In this document: positions 7,282-16,341 of the stretch, piece after piece
Layout of the letters: each line of letters opens with the position of its first letter
Position numbering within the stretch: position 1 is the first letter of the stretch
DNA from: Myxococcales bacterium
GTDB lineage: Bacteria > Myxococcota_A > UBA9042 > JABWCM01 > BTVJ01
Assembly: GCA_045863395.1 (NCBI GenBank)
Contig: BTVJ01000116.1
Location: 1 to 20,203, forward strand
Direction: 5' to 3'
DNA length: 20,203 bases
The notes under the pieces: model-generated
What the model saw: the letters and a program-made list of their open reading frames with translations, nothing else
Told to the model about the DNA's origin: nothing
Database searches by the model: none
Translations under genes and position numbers: made by a program

Positions 7282-8859
7282 TCAGTCCTCCCGGTCCAGG
7301 ATGCCGTCGAGCAGGAAGCCCCCCACCGAGGCCCCTTCGCCCTCCACCTTGTCGGCGGCCCACAGGGTGACGCTGCCGACGCTGCCGCCGTGGTCCACCA
7401 CCAGACGCTTCGCGGCGGGCAGCAGGGCCAGGCTCGTCGGCAGCGACCCGAGGGGCATCGGCTTGGCGTGGAGCGTGTCCAGGTCCAGCCGCACGAGCCA
7501 CCCCTCCCCCTCCACCACGGTCGCGATGAGCAGGTCGGGGCCGCTCGGGGCGCGGACCATGCCCCGCAGCGCCCCCGTGCCCGTGAACGGCGTGACGGAG
7601 CCGTCCTCCAGGTTCAGGACCGAGAGCGGCGAGTCCCCCCAGCCGTAGGCATCGTAGGCGCCCTTGTGGGTCAGCACGACCTGGGTGCGGCCCTCGATGG
7701 GCGTCGCGGCCGAGACGGGCTTTGCGATCTTGATGGTGGTGACCACCTTGCCCTTGCCCGACTCGTGGGCGTCCAGATCGAGCATGCGGAGGGTGGTCAG
7801 GGCACCGGCGCCGTCCCAGAGGAGCACCAGATCGCGGGCGGTCCCCACGGTGCGGACGGCAGACGTCACGGCCGCGCCGAGGGGCACGGTCTCGACGGCG
7901 GCCGACGCGGCGTCGATGAGCGCCGCGGACTGGGACTGCTGGTTGACGACCAGCAGCCGGGGCGCGGCGCCTCCGGCCAGCAGCATCATCTGGGAGGGCA
8001 CGAGGCCCGAGTAGAAGACGTTGAGGGAGACCGCAAGGCTCGCCGTGTCCTCGCCGGGCACGTGGTCCGTGCGCGCCGTGATGCGCAGGGCGAAGATGTC
8101 GGGGCTCGCCGCGGCGCGAAGGAACACCCACAGCGCATCGGGGCCGGCGGCAAACTCCACCTGGTCGGGCACGATGGCCACCGACGAGTCCGGGGTCACG
8201 AGCGGCACGGAGACGTCGCGGGAGGCAGCGTCGGAGAGGTCGAGCACCGCCAGGTGGCTCACAGACCGCACCAAGGCCACGCGGCGCTCCACCCCGCCCA
8301 GGGTGAGCGCGGGCGAGACGATGACCGAGTCCGGCGCCGTGCCGAAGCTGCGAACCGTGCGTCGCGCCGGGTTGTCTGCCCCCTGCGCCTTCGTGGCGTC
8401 TATTGCGGCCACGGCGCTGGCGTTCTGGAACACGCCGCTCGACGACCCGGCCTTGAAGTAGGCGACCAAGGCCTCCCCGTCGTCGGACACGGCCACTCCA
8501 TCGAAGGGGGCGCCCAGCTCCCACTGGCGGGTGGTGGCGGCGCCGTCGTCGGACACGGCGACGACCAGCTCCCGCTCGGGGACGGGGACGACGACGCGGG
8601 AGCGGTCCAGCGGGATCAGCGCGTCGCCCGGAGCGCCGGGGAGGTCCACCGCGCGGATGCGCGGCGTCGACGCGGACGCGTCCAGCAGAACGACACGCTG
8701 CATGCCGGAGTCCACCCAGGCGAGGGACCGGGCGAGCGGATACGGCCCCTGGGCCGAGGGGGCGGGCGTCAGGTCCGCATCGGAGCAGGCGACCAGAGCG
8801 AGCGAGACGAGCACCGAGGAGAGCCTGAGCATGGCGAGCACCGAGGAGAGCCTGGTCAT
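7282..8859 (-). CDS. Lipoprotein, predicted beta-propeller (hypothetical)
   Basis: GGAGG SD 8 nt before ATG 8859; lipobox LVAC; blade-like repeats (IPLDRSRVVV, VSDDGEALVA, RAPSGPDLLI). 3 bp from the next gene. Confidence 0.75.
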   Translation of the reverse strand: MTRLSSVLAMLRLSSVLVSLALVACSDADLTPAPSAQGPYPLARSLAWVDSGMQRVVLLDASASTPRIRAVDLPGAPGDALIPLDRSRVVVPVPERELVVAVSDDGAATTRQWELGAPFDGVAVSDDGEALVAYFKAGSSSGVFQNASAVAAIDATKAQGADNPARRTVRSFGTAPDSVIVSPALTLGGVERRVALVRSVSHLAVLDLSDAASRDVSVPLVTPDSSVAIVPDQVEFAAGPDALWVFLRAAASPDIFALRITARTDHVPGEDTASLAVSLNVFYSGLVPSQMMLLAGGAAPRLLVVNQQSQSAALIDAASAAVETVPLGAAVTSAVRTVGTARDLVLLWDGAGALTTLRMLDLDAHESGKGKVVTTIKIAKPVSAATPIEGRTQVVLTHKGAYDAYGWGDSPLSVLNLEDGSVTPFTGTGALRGMVRAPSGPDLLIATVVEGEGWLVRLDLDTLHAKPMPLGSLPTSLALLPAAKRLVVDHGGSVGSVTLWAADKVEGEGASVGGFLLDGILDRED

Positions 8860-8869
8860 GGCGAGCACC
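8808..8869. repeat. 27-bp tandem duplication across a start codon and signal peptide
   Basis: CGAGCACCGAGGAGAGCCTGAGCATGG (8808-8834), CGAGCACCGAGGAGAGCCTGGTCATGG (8835-8861), CGAGCACC (8862-8869). Encodes MTRLSSVLA-MLRLSSVLV. Confidence 0.93.
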
Positions 8870-8995
8870 TCCGACCGGGAGCGTACTCCACCGTCACCCG
8901 GAAGTCACAGCGGGCGGATCGGACATTCCACTCGTTCGGTAACATTCTGCAAAGCCTGAATCCGCACAACCTCCAACATTGCCCCCGCCTCCGCC

Positions 8996-9024
8996 TTGAC
9001 GCCCCCCGTTATCGCGGCTATCGT
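8996..9024 (+). promoter_or_regulatory. Sigma70-type promoter for the lipoprotein-TBDR operon
   Basis: TTGACG (8996-9001), 17 nt, TATCGT (9019-9024), in a divergent intergenic region that is AT-richer than its flanks. Confidence 0.6.
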
Positions 9025-9037
9025 TGCCACGCGCGTT

Positions 9038-9067
9038 GAAGGATTAGACAATGTTTGTCTATCCTTC
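9038..9067. promoter_or_regulatory. Palindromic operator candidate
   Basis: Core TAGACAA-TGT-TTGTCTA (9045-9061), extended by GAAGGAT/ATCCTTC with a one-base bulge, just downstream of the predicted promoter. Confidence 0.6.
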
Positions 9068-9121
9068 GCGCCCCCGGCCCCATGGGGCCCACCAGCTCCG
9101 CCGCAGGCGGGGAGGCTCACC

Positions 9122-9925
9122 ATGCCGAGAGCCATCGGGATCATCGCGCTGCTCCTCGCCGGGTGCGCGTCGGACTTCGAGAAGGCGAGCCTCGTGGCGG
9201 GCCTGCGGGTGCTGGCGATCACCGCCGAGCCGCCGACCGCGAGCCCGACGGATCTGGTGCAGTTCACCCCCTTGGTCCACCCAGGCACGGACGTGACGTT
9301 CGCCTGGTCCCTGTGCGCGCTGGCGAAGGGGCCCACCACGGGCTACGAGTGCGCGGTGGACGAGGTGCCATTGGGAGCGACACCCACCACCAGCCTCGCG
9401 GTGGCGACGCTGGTCAAGAAGGCGCAGGAGGTCGCCGACACGACCGGCGCCACCATCGACCTGGAGGCGGGCGTCACCGTCTACGCGCGGCTCAAGGTGG
9501 CAACCGCGGACGACACCGTGGAGGCCGTCAAGCGCCTGACCATCACCACCGCGGAGCCGCGAAACAGGAACCCGGCCCTGTCGGGGCTCAAGGCGGACGG
9601 CAAGGACTGGACCGCGGAGCCGCTCGTCGTGGAGCCGTCGCAGAAGGTGTCCCTCACTCCGCGCCCGGCGGACGGCGCAGCGGAGACATGGGACGACGAC
9701 GGCGACCAGCAGACGGAGGAGCTGCTCTACGCCTGGTTCGCGACGGCGGGCGCCATGGAGCAGGTGTTCTCCTACGAGGGACAGCCGGACAACGCATGGA
9801 CCGCCCCCGAGCTGGAGGACGAGGACACGAAGGACATCACGCTCTGGGTGGTGGTGCGCGACGGGCGCGGCGGCACCGCCTGGCTGGAGCGCACGGCCCG
9901 CGTGACCCGGGGGTCAGCGCAATGA
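9122..9925 (+). CDS. Lipoprotein coupled to a TonB-dependent receptor (hypothetical, Ig/PKD-like beta domains)
   Basis: GGAGG SD 9111-9115; MPRAIGIIALLLAGC lipobox; LRVLAITAEPP, RNRNPAL, YAWFATAG and LWVVVRDGRGG motifs, typical of myxobacterial TBDR-adjacent lipoproteins. ATGA overlap with the TBDR. Confidence 0.78.
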   Translation: MPRAIGIIALLLAGCASDFEKASLVAGLRVLAITAEPPTASPTDLVQFTPLVHPGTDVTFAWSLCALAKGPTTGYECAVDEVPLGATPTTSLAVATLVKKAQEVADTTGATIDLEAGVTVYARLKVATADDTVEAVKRLTITTAEPRNRNPALSGLKADGKDWTAEPLVVEPSQKVSLTPRPADGAAETWDDDGDQQTEELLYAWFATAGAMEQVFSYEGQPDNAWTAPELEDEDTKDITLWVVVRDGRGGTAWLERTARVTRGSAQ

Positions 9926-12507
9926 GCCGCGCCGCCGTCCTCTTTCTCGCGCTGCTCCCGTCCTTGGCGCTGGGCCAGTTCGCCCCGCCGCCTGAGCCGA
10001 CGCCCCCAACGCAGACCAAGCCCGCGGACGCCCTGATTCGCCTCCCCGAGCTCCTCGACTTTCAGGAGGCCACCTACCCGCCAGAGGCCCTCGCCGAGGG
10101 GGTCGAGGCAGACGTGCTGCTCCAGCTCGACGTGGACGCGGACGGTGGGGTCACGGCCGTCGAGGTGCTGGAGCCCGTGGGTCTCTACGGGTTCGACGAG
10201 GCGGCCGTCGAGGCGGCCCGGGCGTTCCGCTTCCGCCCGGCGGAGTCTGCGAGCGGCCCGGTCCCCGTGCGCATCCAGTACAGATACAGCTTCACCATCG
10301 ACGCCCCGCCGCCGCCACCCCCGACCCCCGCGTCGGTGGTCACCATCCGGGGCCGCCTGCTGGAGCGGGGCACGCGCGCCCCCGTCGCCGCCATCCCGGT
10401 GACCGTCCCGGCGGTGGGCGCGGTCGCCATCAGCGACGACGAGGGCCGCTTCGAGCTGCTCGACGTGCCGCCGGGCCCGGCCACCCTGCTGGTCCCACCG
10501 ACCCAGTACGCGGAGACCAGCGAGGAGGTGGAGGTCCCGTCGGACGGCGCAGCGGAGATCACCCTGTACCTCCAGCGAGACCCCTACGCCAGTTTCCGCA
10601 CGATCATCCAGGCCGAGGAGCTCTCGCCCCAGCCGGCGCGGCGCCAGCTCGCCGTGGAGGAGATTCAGAAGATGCCCGGGGTCAGCGGGGACGCCCTGAA
10701 GGCCGTCCAGAACCTGCCGGGAGTCGCCCGCCCGCCCTTCGGGGGCGGTCAGATCGTCATGCGCGGCTCGGCGCCCGAGGACACCATCTACCGGGTGGAC
10801 GGCCTGGAGCTCCCGCAGCTCTACCACTTCGGGGGAATCTACTCCGTGTTCAACACCGACCTGGTGGAGTCTCTGGACACCTACCCGGGCGGCTTCAGCG
10901 TGGCCCACGGCGACGGGACGGCGGGGCTCATCGACGTGCGCCTGAAGAAGGGCCGCACAGACCGCTGGGGGGGCTACTTCGACATCAACGTGTTCCACGC
11001 CGCAGGGTACGCGAGCGGCCCCGTGTGGGAGGGCGGCTCCCTGACCCTGGCGGCGCGGCGCAGCTACATCGACGCGATCCTCCCGGCCGTCATCCCCGAC
11101 GACTCCAAGGTCAGCTTCAACACGGCGCCGGTCTACTACGACTACCAGGTCAAGCTGGACACGGCCCTCGGGCCTGACGACGACCTGCGTGTCTTCGTGT
11201 TCGGCTCGGACGACCAGCTCCGCATCCTGCTCTCGGAGCCCAGCGACGGGAGCCCGCTCGTGCGGGGCAACGTGACCAATCACTTCCTGTTTCACCACGT
11301 CCACGGGCGGTGGACCCACCGCTTCGACCGGGACACGACCCTCGACACGTCGCTCCTGGTCGGCACCCAGCAGCTCTCCTTCGATCTGGGAAAGGCCATC
11401 GACTTCTACATCTACGCGGGCGACCTCTCCTGGCGCTTCGACCTGACCTCCCGCCTGACCCCGCACCTGACCCTGCGGGCGGGCATGGACTCGACGCTGA
11501 CCGCCTTCCGCGTGGCGATCACCGCCCCGCTCCCCCCGAAGGAGGGCGCCACGCCAAGCCCGCTCGGCACCACGGAGACTCGAGAGTCCAACGAGGAGGG
11601 CACCTATCTGCGAAACGCGCTCTATCTGGAAGCGGTCGGCGAGCCCACAGACGGGCTGGAGCTCACCGCCGGCCTCCGCGCGGACGTCTATACGGGCGCC
11701 TTCGAGGACGTGACCTTCGACCCGCGGGTCTCGGCGCGCTGGAAGGTGGGCGAGACGACGACGCTCAAGGGCGGCCTGGGCATGTACCACCGCCAGCCCG
11801 CCCCGGACGAGACGAGCGAGGCCTTCGGAAACCCGGAGATCACCGCGGAGCAGTCCATCCAGTACAGCGTGGGCGTGGAGCAGGAGATCTTCGAGGGGCT
11901 GACCGTCGACGTGCAGGCCTTCTACAAAGACCTGAGCAACCTGGTCGCGCCCGCCACGGACTCGTTCGGGGGCCCGCCCCTGACCAACGAGGGCTCCGGC
12001 CGGGTCTACGGCGGAGAGATCCTGGTGAGACAGCAGCTCGGAAAGTGGTTCTGGGGGTGGGTGGCCTACACGGTGTCGCGCAGCGAGCGGAAGGACGCGG
12101 CGACGCAGCCCATCCGCCTGTTCGACTTCGACCAGACGCACGTGCTGACGGCCGTGGCGAGCTTCACCCTCCCGCTCGAGTTCCAGGTCGGGGCGCGCTT
12201 CCGCTACGCCACGGGGAACCCGCAGACTCCCGTCGTCGGGGCCGTCTTCGACGCGGACACGGGCTCCTATACCCAAGTGGCCGGGGCGCCCGCCACTGCG
12301 CGCCTCGGCGACTTCCACCAGCTCGATCTGCGGGTGGACAAGACGTGGACCTTCGAGGACTGGGTGCTCGACACCTACCTGGAGGTGCAGAACGTCTACA
12401 ACCAGCAGAACCCGGAAGGGACGCGCTACAACTACAACTTCCGCCAGAGCGAGCCAGTGAGCGGGCTTCCGATCATCCCCGGCTTCGGGATCAAAGGGAC
12501 CTTCTGA
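9922..12507 (+). CDS. TonB-dependent receptor with N-terminal TonB C-terminal-like domain and carboxypeptidase-regulatory-like domain
   Basis: Signal peptide; YPPEALAEGVEADVLLQLDVDADGGV…FDEAAVEAARAFRFRPA (TonB_C); IRGRLLERGTRAPVA…SDDEGRFEL; plug DALKAVQNLPGV…MRGS…YRVDG…YPGGFSVAHG…GLIDV; barrel ending QLDLRVDK…VQNVYN…FGIKGTF; 861 aa. Confidence 0.92.
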   Translation: MSRAAVLFLALLPSLALGQFAPPPEPTPPTQTKPADALIRLPELLDFQEATYPPEALAEGVEADVLLQLDVDADGGVTAVEVLEPVGLYGFDEAAVEAARAFRFRPAESASGPVPVRIQYRYSFTIDAPPPPPPTPASVVTIRGRLLERGTRAPVAAIPVTVPAVGAVAISDDEGRFELLDVPPGPATLLVPPTQYAETSEEVEVPSDGAAEITLYLQRDPYASFRTIIQAEELSPQPARRQLAVEEIQKMPGVSGDALKAVQNLPGVARPPFGGGQIVMRGSAPEDTIYRVDGLELPQLYHFGGIYSVFNTDLVESLDTYPGGFSVAHGDGTAGLIDVRLKKGRTDRWGGYFDINVFHAAGYASGPVWEGGSLTLAARRSYIDAILPAVIPDDSKVSFNTAPVYYDYQVKLDTALGPDDDLRVFVFGSDDQLRILLSEPSDGSPLVRGNVTNHFLFHHVHGRWTHRFDRDTTLDTSLLVGTQQLSFDLGKAIDFYIYAGDLSWRFDLTSRLTPHLTLRAGMDSTLTAFRVAITAPLPPKEGATPSPLGTTETRESNEEGTYLRNALYLEAVGEPTDGLELTAGLRADVYTGAFEDVTFDPRVSARWKVGETTTLKGGLGMYHRQPAPDETSEAFGNPEITAEQSIQYSVGVEQEIFEGLTVDVQAFYKDLSNLVAPATDSFGGPPLTNEGSGRVYGGEILVRQQLGKWFWGWVAYTVSRSERKDAATQPIRLFDFDQTHVLTAVASFTLPLEFQVGARFRYATGNPQTPVVGAVFDADTGSYTQVAGAPATARLGDFHQLDLRVDKTWTFEDWVLDTYLEVQNVYNQQNPEGTRYNYNFRQSEPVSGLPIIPGFGIKGTF

Positions 12508-12523
12508 CCGGGCTGAGGGCGCC

Positions 12524-13051
12524 CTACTTCTTCCGGCGGATGGTCACCTCGAGGACGTAGATGTCCACCGAGGTCCCCGTCGGCTTCCCGTCCGTGTAGG
12601 TGTGACCGAAGACCTTGTACGGCAGCGTCCCCTTCCAGGCGCCACCGGACTCCTTGAGCAGGAGCTGCGCCGGGGTCGCGAGACACTGCTTGGTCACCTC
12701 GGGCTGAAGCTCCACACACGTGCAGGAGGACGGGTCCTTCGTGCACCGCTCGTCGCATGAATAGCAGCCCCAGGGGCGGCTGTCCGTCCGCTTCGCGGCC
12801 TCGAAGAAGGCGACACCCTTCTCCTCGGTCTTGACGACAGGACCCTCCAGACCCACCAGGAAGCCGGCGTCGCCAGGCATCGTCAGCCAGGAGACGCCAT
12901 CGCGCACCTCCACGGAGCAGGCGCGAAATGCGTACTCCTTGGAGATGCGACACTCATAGGCGCCAGCGGGCATGGCGGGGCCCGTCTCGCGGGCCAGGGC
13001 AGGCGCAGACAACAGGGACAGAGCGAGCAGGGACAGCAGCAGACGTCTCAT
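12524..13051 (-). CDS. Secreted cysteine-rich hypothetical protein
   Basis: Start MRRLLLSLLALSLLSAPALA (signal peptide, ALA site), GGAG SD; 8 Cys in the mature region; 175 aa. Confidence 0.72.
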   Translation of the reverse strand: MRRLLLSLLALSLLSAPALARETGPAMPAGAYECRISKEYAFRACSVEVRDGVSWLTMPGDAGFLVGLEGPVVKTEEKGVAFFEAAKRTDSRPWGCYSCDERCTKDPSSCTCVELQPEVTKQCLATPAQLLLKESGGAWKGTLPYKVFGHTYTDGKPTGTSVDIYVLEVTIRRKK

Positions 13052-13146
13052 CGTCGTACTCCGAGGTTGATGATGGGTGGTTGTGGACACATGCGAGCGG
13101 GCCAGCGACGGCGAAGCCCCCTGCGCATTCACGGCGGCCCCTGGGA

Positions 13147-16100
13147 TCAGGGCATCGCCTTCTCGCGGGCGGCAGGCGGCGCCTTCACGTCGCCGCAGTC
13201 GTCCCGGGACTGGCACAGGTCGGCGTCCAAGGTCTTGCCCTCGCTGGCGAAGAAGCGGCCGATCATGTTCATCATGAAGGACCCGATGTCGAAGGTCTCG
13301 GTATTCTCGCAGCCGCAGTCCGGGTTCTTGTCGTCGGGGTTGTCGGCCTTGCACTTCTCCGTACACGCCTTGATCGCGGCGTCAGTGAACTCGCCGGGCA
13401 TGGCGAAGCCGTGCTGCCCCGTCGGGTTGGAGTAGGGGAAGACCGCTGCAGAGCGCCCACCCAGGGCGTCCGGCTTGCCCATCCCGGCCCGGACGGGCGG
13501 GTCGAGCCGGGGGATGTCTGCGCCCCACAGGTCCTTGCCCTCGGCGAAGTCGTCCACGTCCAGGTGCACTCCCTTTCCGCTCGGATCCTTGTAGCGGTTG
13601 AGGGTGTCCACGGCCTCCACGACGTGGGTCTCGATGAGCTTCTGGTTGACGGACACCCCGTAGCGGGAGTCCACGGTCAGATAGTCCACGAGCCCCGCGG
13701 CGCGCGCCGCGGTCACGCCGCTGTTCGCCGGCACGTTCATGTCGCCGATGGTCGTGATGATCAGCGAGTGGGCGCCGGACTTCTCGCCCAGCAGCGGATA
13801 CTCCAAGGGGCGCTCCAGCAGGTGGGGCGCCAGGACCGCCGGGTCCGCCGGGTCCAGCACGAGCTGCCCGAGCCCCATGAAGCGGCGCAGCTCTGGGTTG
13901 GCGCGGCGCAGACCGAGCCCCTCGGCAAAGGCGACCAGCGGCGTCCCCTTGTCGTAGTGCTTCCCGTGGAACGTGGTGTCCACGAGGAACTTGTCCACGA
14001 CCTCTCTCGGCTCCTTGCCCTTGCGCACCTCGCAGTGCTCGCTGCCCGTCACCACCGCGGCCCCGGAGTAGAACGACAGGCGGATGGGGTCCCGCACGTC
14101 GCTCTCCACGGCCACCCGGAAGCGCAAGGTCTTCCCGTCGTCCTCCCACACGAGCCCGCAGCCCCGCTCGCCGTTCTTGAGATTCTCGGCGACGACCGTG
14201 TCGCCCTTCTTCACCCCGGAGAGGGTCCCGAGGCCCACGCTGCGGTCGTCGTTGACGTCCGTCACGATGGTCTCCAGGGTCATGGCGGCGTCGTCCGGCC
14301 CCTGGGTGCCCAGGAACAGCGGTCCCATGACCCGGAGCGTCAGCGCCTCGCGCACGCCACCCTGCTTGCTGCGGTTGCCGATGTCCGTGAAGCCGCCGCC
14401 GCCGGCGATGGGGGCCGTGGCCTTGATGGCGGGCTCGATGGCGCCAGCCACGATGGCCATGATGCCGCCGAGGGAGCCGCCCGTGAAGTACATGGGAGCG
14501 TCGCCGCCGATGTCGACCACGCCGTCCCCGTCGAAGTCGCCCGCCAGCTCGTTCTTGCCGTCGCCGTTGAGATCGAACTCCCACGTCTGCTTGCCGTCGA
14601 AGGACCGCAGCACCCGCGCGAGCTGCATGTAGTCGAGGGCAGACTGCCGCACCACGTCGCGGGTGTGGAACACGTAGCTCGTCCAGAAGTCGCCGCCCGA
14701 GTCCCGGCTGCCGTCGTTGTTCTGGTCGAACGACCGCCCCCGCTCGGTGGCGGCCTCCAGGAACGCCCCGAGGCCGATCACGTCCAGGATCTGCTTCGCC
14801 AGCTTCTTCTCGTCGGCGCTGAGCGAGAGCCCATGGGAGACACAGTCGATCGAGGCAACCGCCAGACCGTGCCGAGCCAGATAGGGCCCGATCTGCACCG
14901 CGTCGAACCGTGACCCGGTATAGCCATGCCCCAGGAACACGACCGGCGCCGGCTTGCCCTTGCCTCGCGCGCTGACCTCCTTGCGCGGAATCAGCAGGTG
15001 CACGTACACGGTCTCGGGCCGCACCTTGGCGGGGGTCGTCGTCAGGTCCTGGGGCCAGGACTGGGCGTCGAGCGGGAGCAGATTGCCCTCCTCGTCCCAG
15101 CGCTCGAAGAGCTGGGGAGACACGTAGCTCGCCACCACCTGGTAGTCCACGTAGCTCCAGGACCCGAGCAGGATGTCGTTGCGCCGCGTCTTCCCCCCAC
15201 CGCCGAGGAAGGCCGCCACGATGGCCTCCATGCCCTCGATGAAGTCCTCCGTGTAGAGGATGTACTGGTTCTTCACCTTCTCGAACAGCGGCGAGGCCTT
15301 GTCGCGCAGCAGCTCGAAGCCCTCGAAGACCGCGGGAGTCTCCTCCGCGATGTGCGCCTGCACGCCCTTGCCGTAGAGTCCCTCGCGCACCGCCACGAGG
15401 TCGCTCACCGTGGTCTGCGTCGTGAACGTGAAGGCGAAGGCGACGTCGTCGAGCCCCAACCCCACCTTGCCGAGCAGATCCCCGACGGGAGAGAGCGCGT
15501 CCGTCTGCGAGGCGTGGTTGACAAACGGGTACGGCGACCCGACCGGGCGCCCCTTCTCGTCGAGCAGGCGGCGCGTGACCACCACGGCGTAGGTGGTGCG
15601 CTCCCGCAGCGGGATCATGGGGCGCAGCAGCAGCGTGTGGGTCTCCCGCTCGTAGAAGGTCATCAGCGCGTCGGACCGGGCGGCGAGGTCCGTCGGGTCC
15701 GGCTTCGCCCCCGGCAGATAGTTGGGCTTGTCCAGCACGCCGTCGAGGTCCGTGTCCTCCCCGTCGTCGAGCTTGCCGTTGCCGTTCGTGTCCTCGTCGG
15801 TCTCCTCGAAGACCACCGAGATGGTCTTGCCCCGGGGGTCGTTCTTCCAGTAGCCGTCGATGTCTTCCAGCACCACCGGGTAGTTCCCATTGCCGACGTC
15901 CAGGTGGATGTAGGTCCCGAAGTCCGGCGACGTGGGGTCCACGTCGATGAGGTAGACCACGTCGTTCTTCAGGTCGTAGTCCTTGTCGCTGTGCCCCTTG
16001 AGGATGGACTCCACCGACAGCGGCCCCGTGAACGGGATGGAGATGGGCTGGAGCACCCCCCACCCGTCGAGCTGGTCGATCTTCTCGCGGACCCGCCGCT

Positions 16101-16332
16101 CGAGCTGCGTCGGCGCCACCATGGACGCGTTGACGCGCCTCCCCGTCGGGGACGTCGGGTCGTGCCGCGTCGCCACGTCGTTGGGGAGCGGGATCTCCGG
16201 CAGCGGGCGGTGCAAGAAGTCCATCTTCACGGTGGTCGTGGCCTTCTGGCCTTTCGCAATCCCGCCCGGCTCGGCGGACATGCAGCCTGCGCAGAGGGTC
16301 ACGCCAATCAGGGCGCTGAGAGTTCGCTTCAT
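13147..16332 (-). CDS. Large lipoprotein alpha/beta hydrolase (Pla-1/Cef/VolA-like lipase) with Ca-binding-type DxDxDG loops
   Basis: AGGAGG SD; lipobox CAGC; IPLPND and LRERTTYAVVVT N-terminal region; VVFLGHGYTG, IDCVSHG, RDVVRQSALD, nucleophile elbow GGSLGG, GDMNVP, QHGF. Confidence 0.78.
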   Translation of the reverse strand: MKRTLSALIGVTLCAGCMSAEPGGIAKGQKATTTVKMDFLHRPLPEIPLPNDVATRHDPTSPTGRRVNASMVAPTQLERRVREKIDQLDGWGVLQPISIPFTGPLSVESILKGHSDKDYDLKNDVVYLIDVDPTSPDFGTYIHLDVGNGNYPVVLEDIDGYWKNDPRGKTISVVFEETDEDTNGNGKLDDGEDTDLDGVLDKPNYLPGAKPDPTDLAARSDALMTFYERETHTLLLRPMIPLRERTTYAVVVTRRLLDEKGRPVGSPYPFVNHASQTDALSPVGDLLGKVGLGLDDVAFAFTFTTQTTVSDLVAVREGLYGKGVQAHIAEETPAVFEGFELLRDKASPLFEKVKNQYILYTEDFIEGMEAIVAAFLGGGGKTRRNDILLGSWSYVDYQVVASYVSPQLFERWDEEGNLLPLDAQSWPQDLTTTPAKVRPETVYVHLLIPRKEVSARGKGKPAPVVFLGHGYTGSRFDAVQIGPYLARHGLAVASIDCVSHGLSLSADEKKLAKQILDVIGLGAFLEAATERGRSFDQNNDGSRDSGGDFWTSYVFHTRDVVRQSALDYMQLARVLRSFDGKQTWEFDLNGDGKNELAGDFDGDGVVDIGGDAPMYFTGGSLGGIMAIVAGAIEPAIKATAPIAGGGGFTDIGNRSKQGGVREALTLRVMGPLFLGTQGPDDAAMTLETIVTDVNDDRSVGLGTLSGVKKGDTVVAENLKNGERGCGLVWEDDGKTLRFRVAVESDVRDPIRLSFYSGAAVVTGSEHCEVRKGKEPREVVDKFLVDTTFHGKHYDKGTPLVAFAEGLGLRRANPELRRFMGLGQLVLDPADPAVLAPHLLERPLEYPLLGEKSGAHSLIITTIGDMNVPANSGVTAARAAGLVDYLTVDSRYGVSVNQKLIETHVVEAVDTLNRYKDPSGKGVHLDVDDFAEGKDLWGADIPRLDPPVRAGMGKPDALGGRSAAVFPYSNPTGQHGFAMPGEFTDAAIKACTEKCKADNPDDKNPDCGCENTETFDIGSFMMNMIGRFFASEGKTLDADLCQSRDDCGDVKAPPAAREKAMP

Positions 16333-16341
16333 CGGGTCCTC

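Noticed and set aside
6653..8524. Upstream 624 codons of the 1151-aa ORF (apparent giant fusion protein)
   Set aside because: Arg/Gly-rich off-frame reading of two real genes; a proper SD and lipoprotein signal appear at 6652.
9055..9921. N-terminal extension of the TBDR ORF to 1150 aa
   Set aside because: Shadow frame of the lipoprotein gene; the signal peptide starts at ATG 9922.
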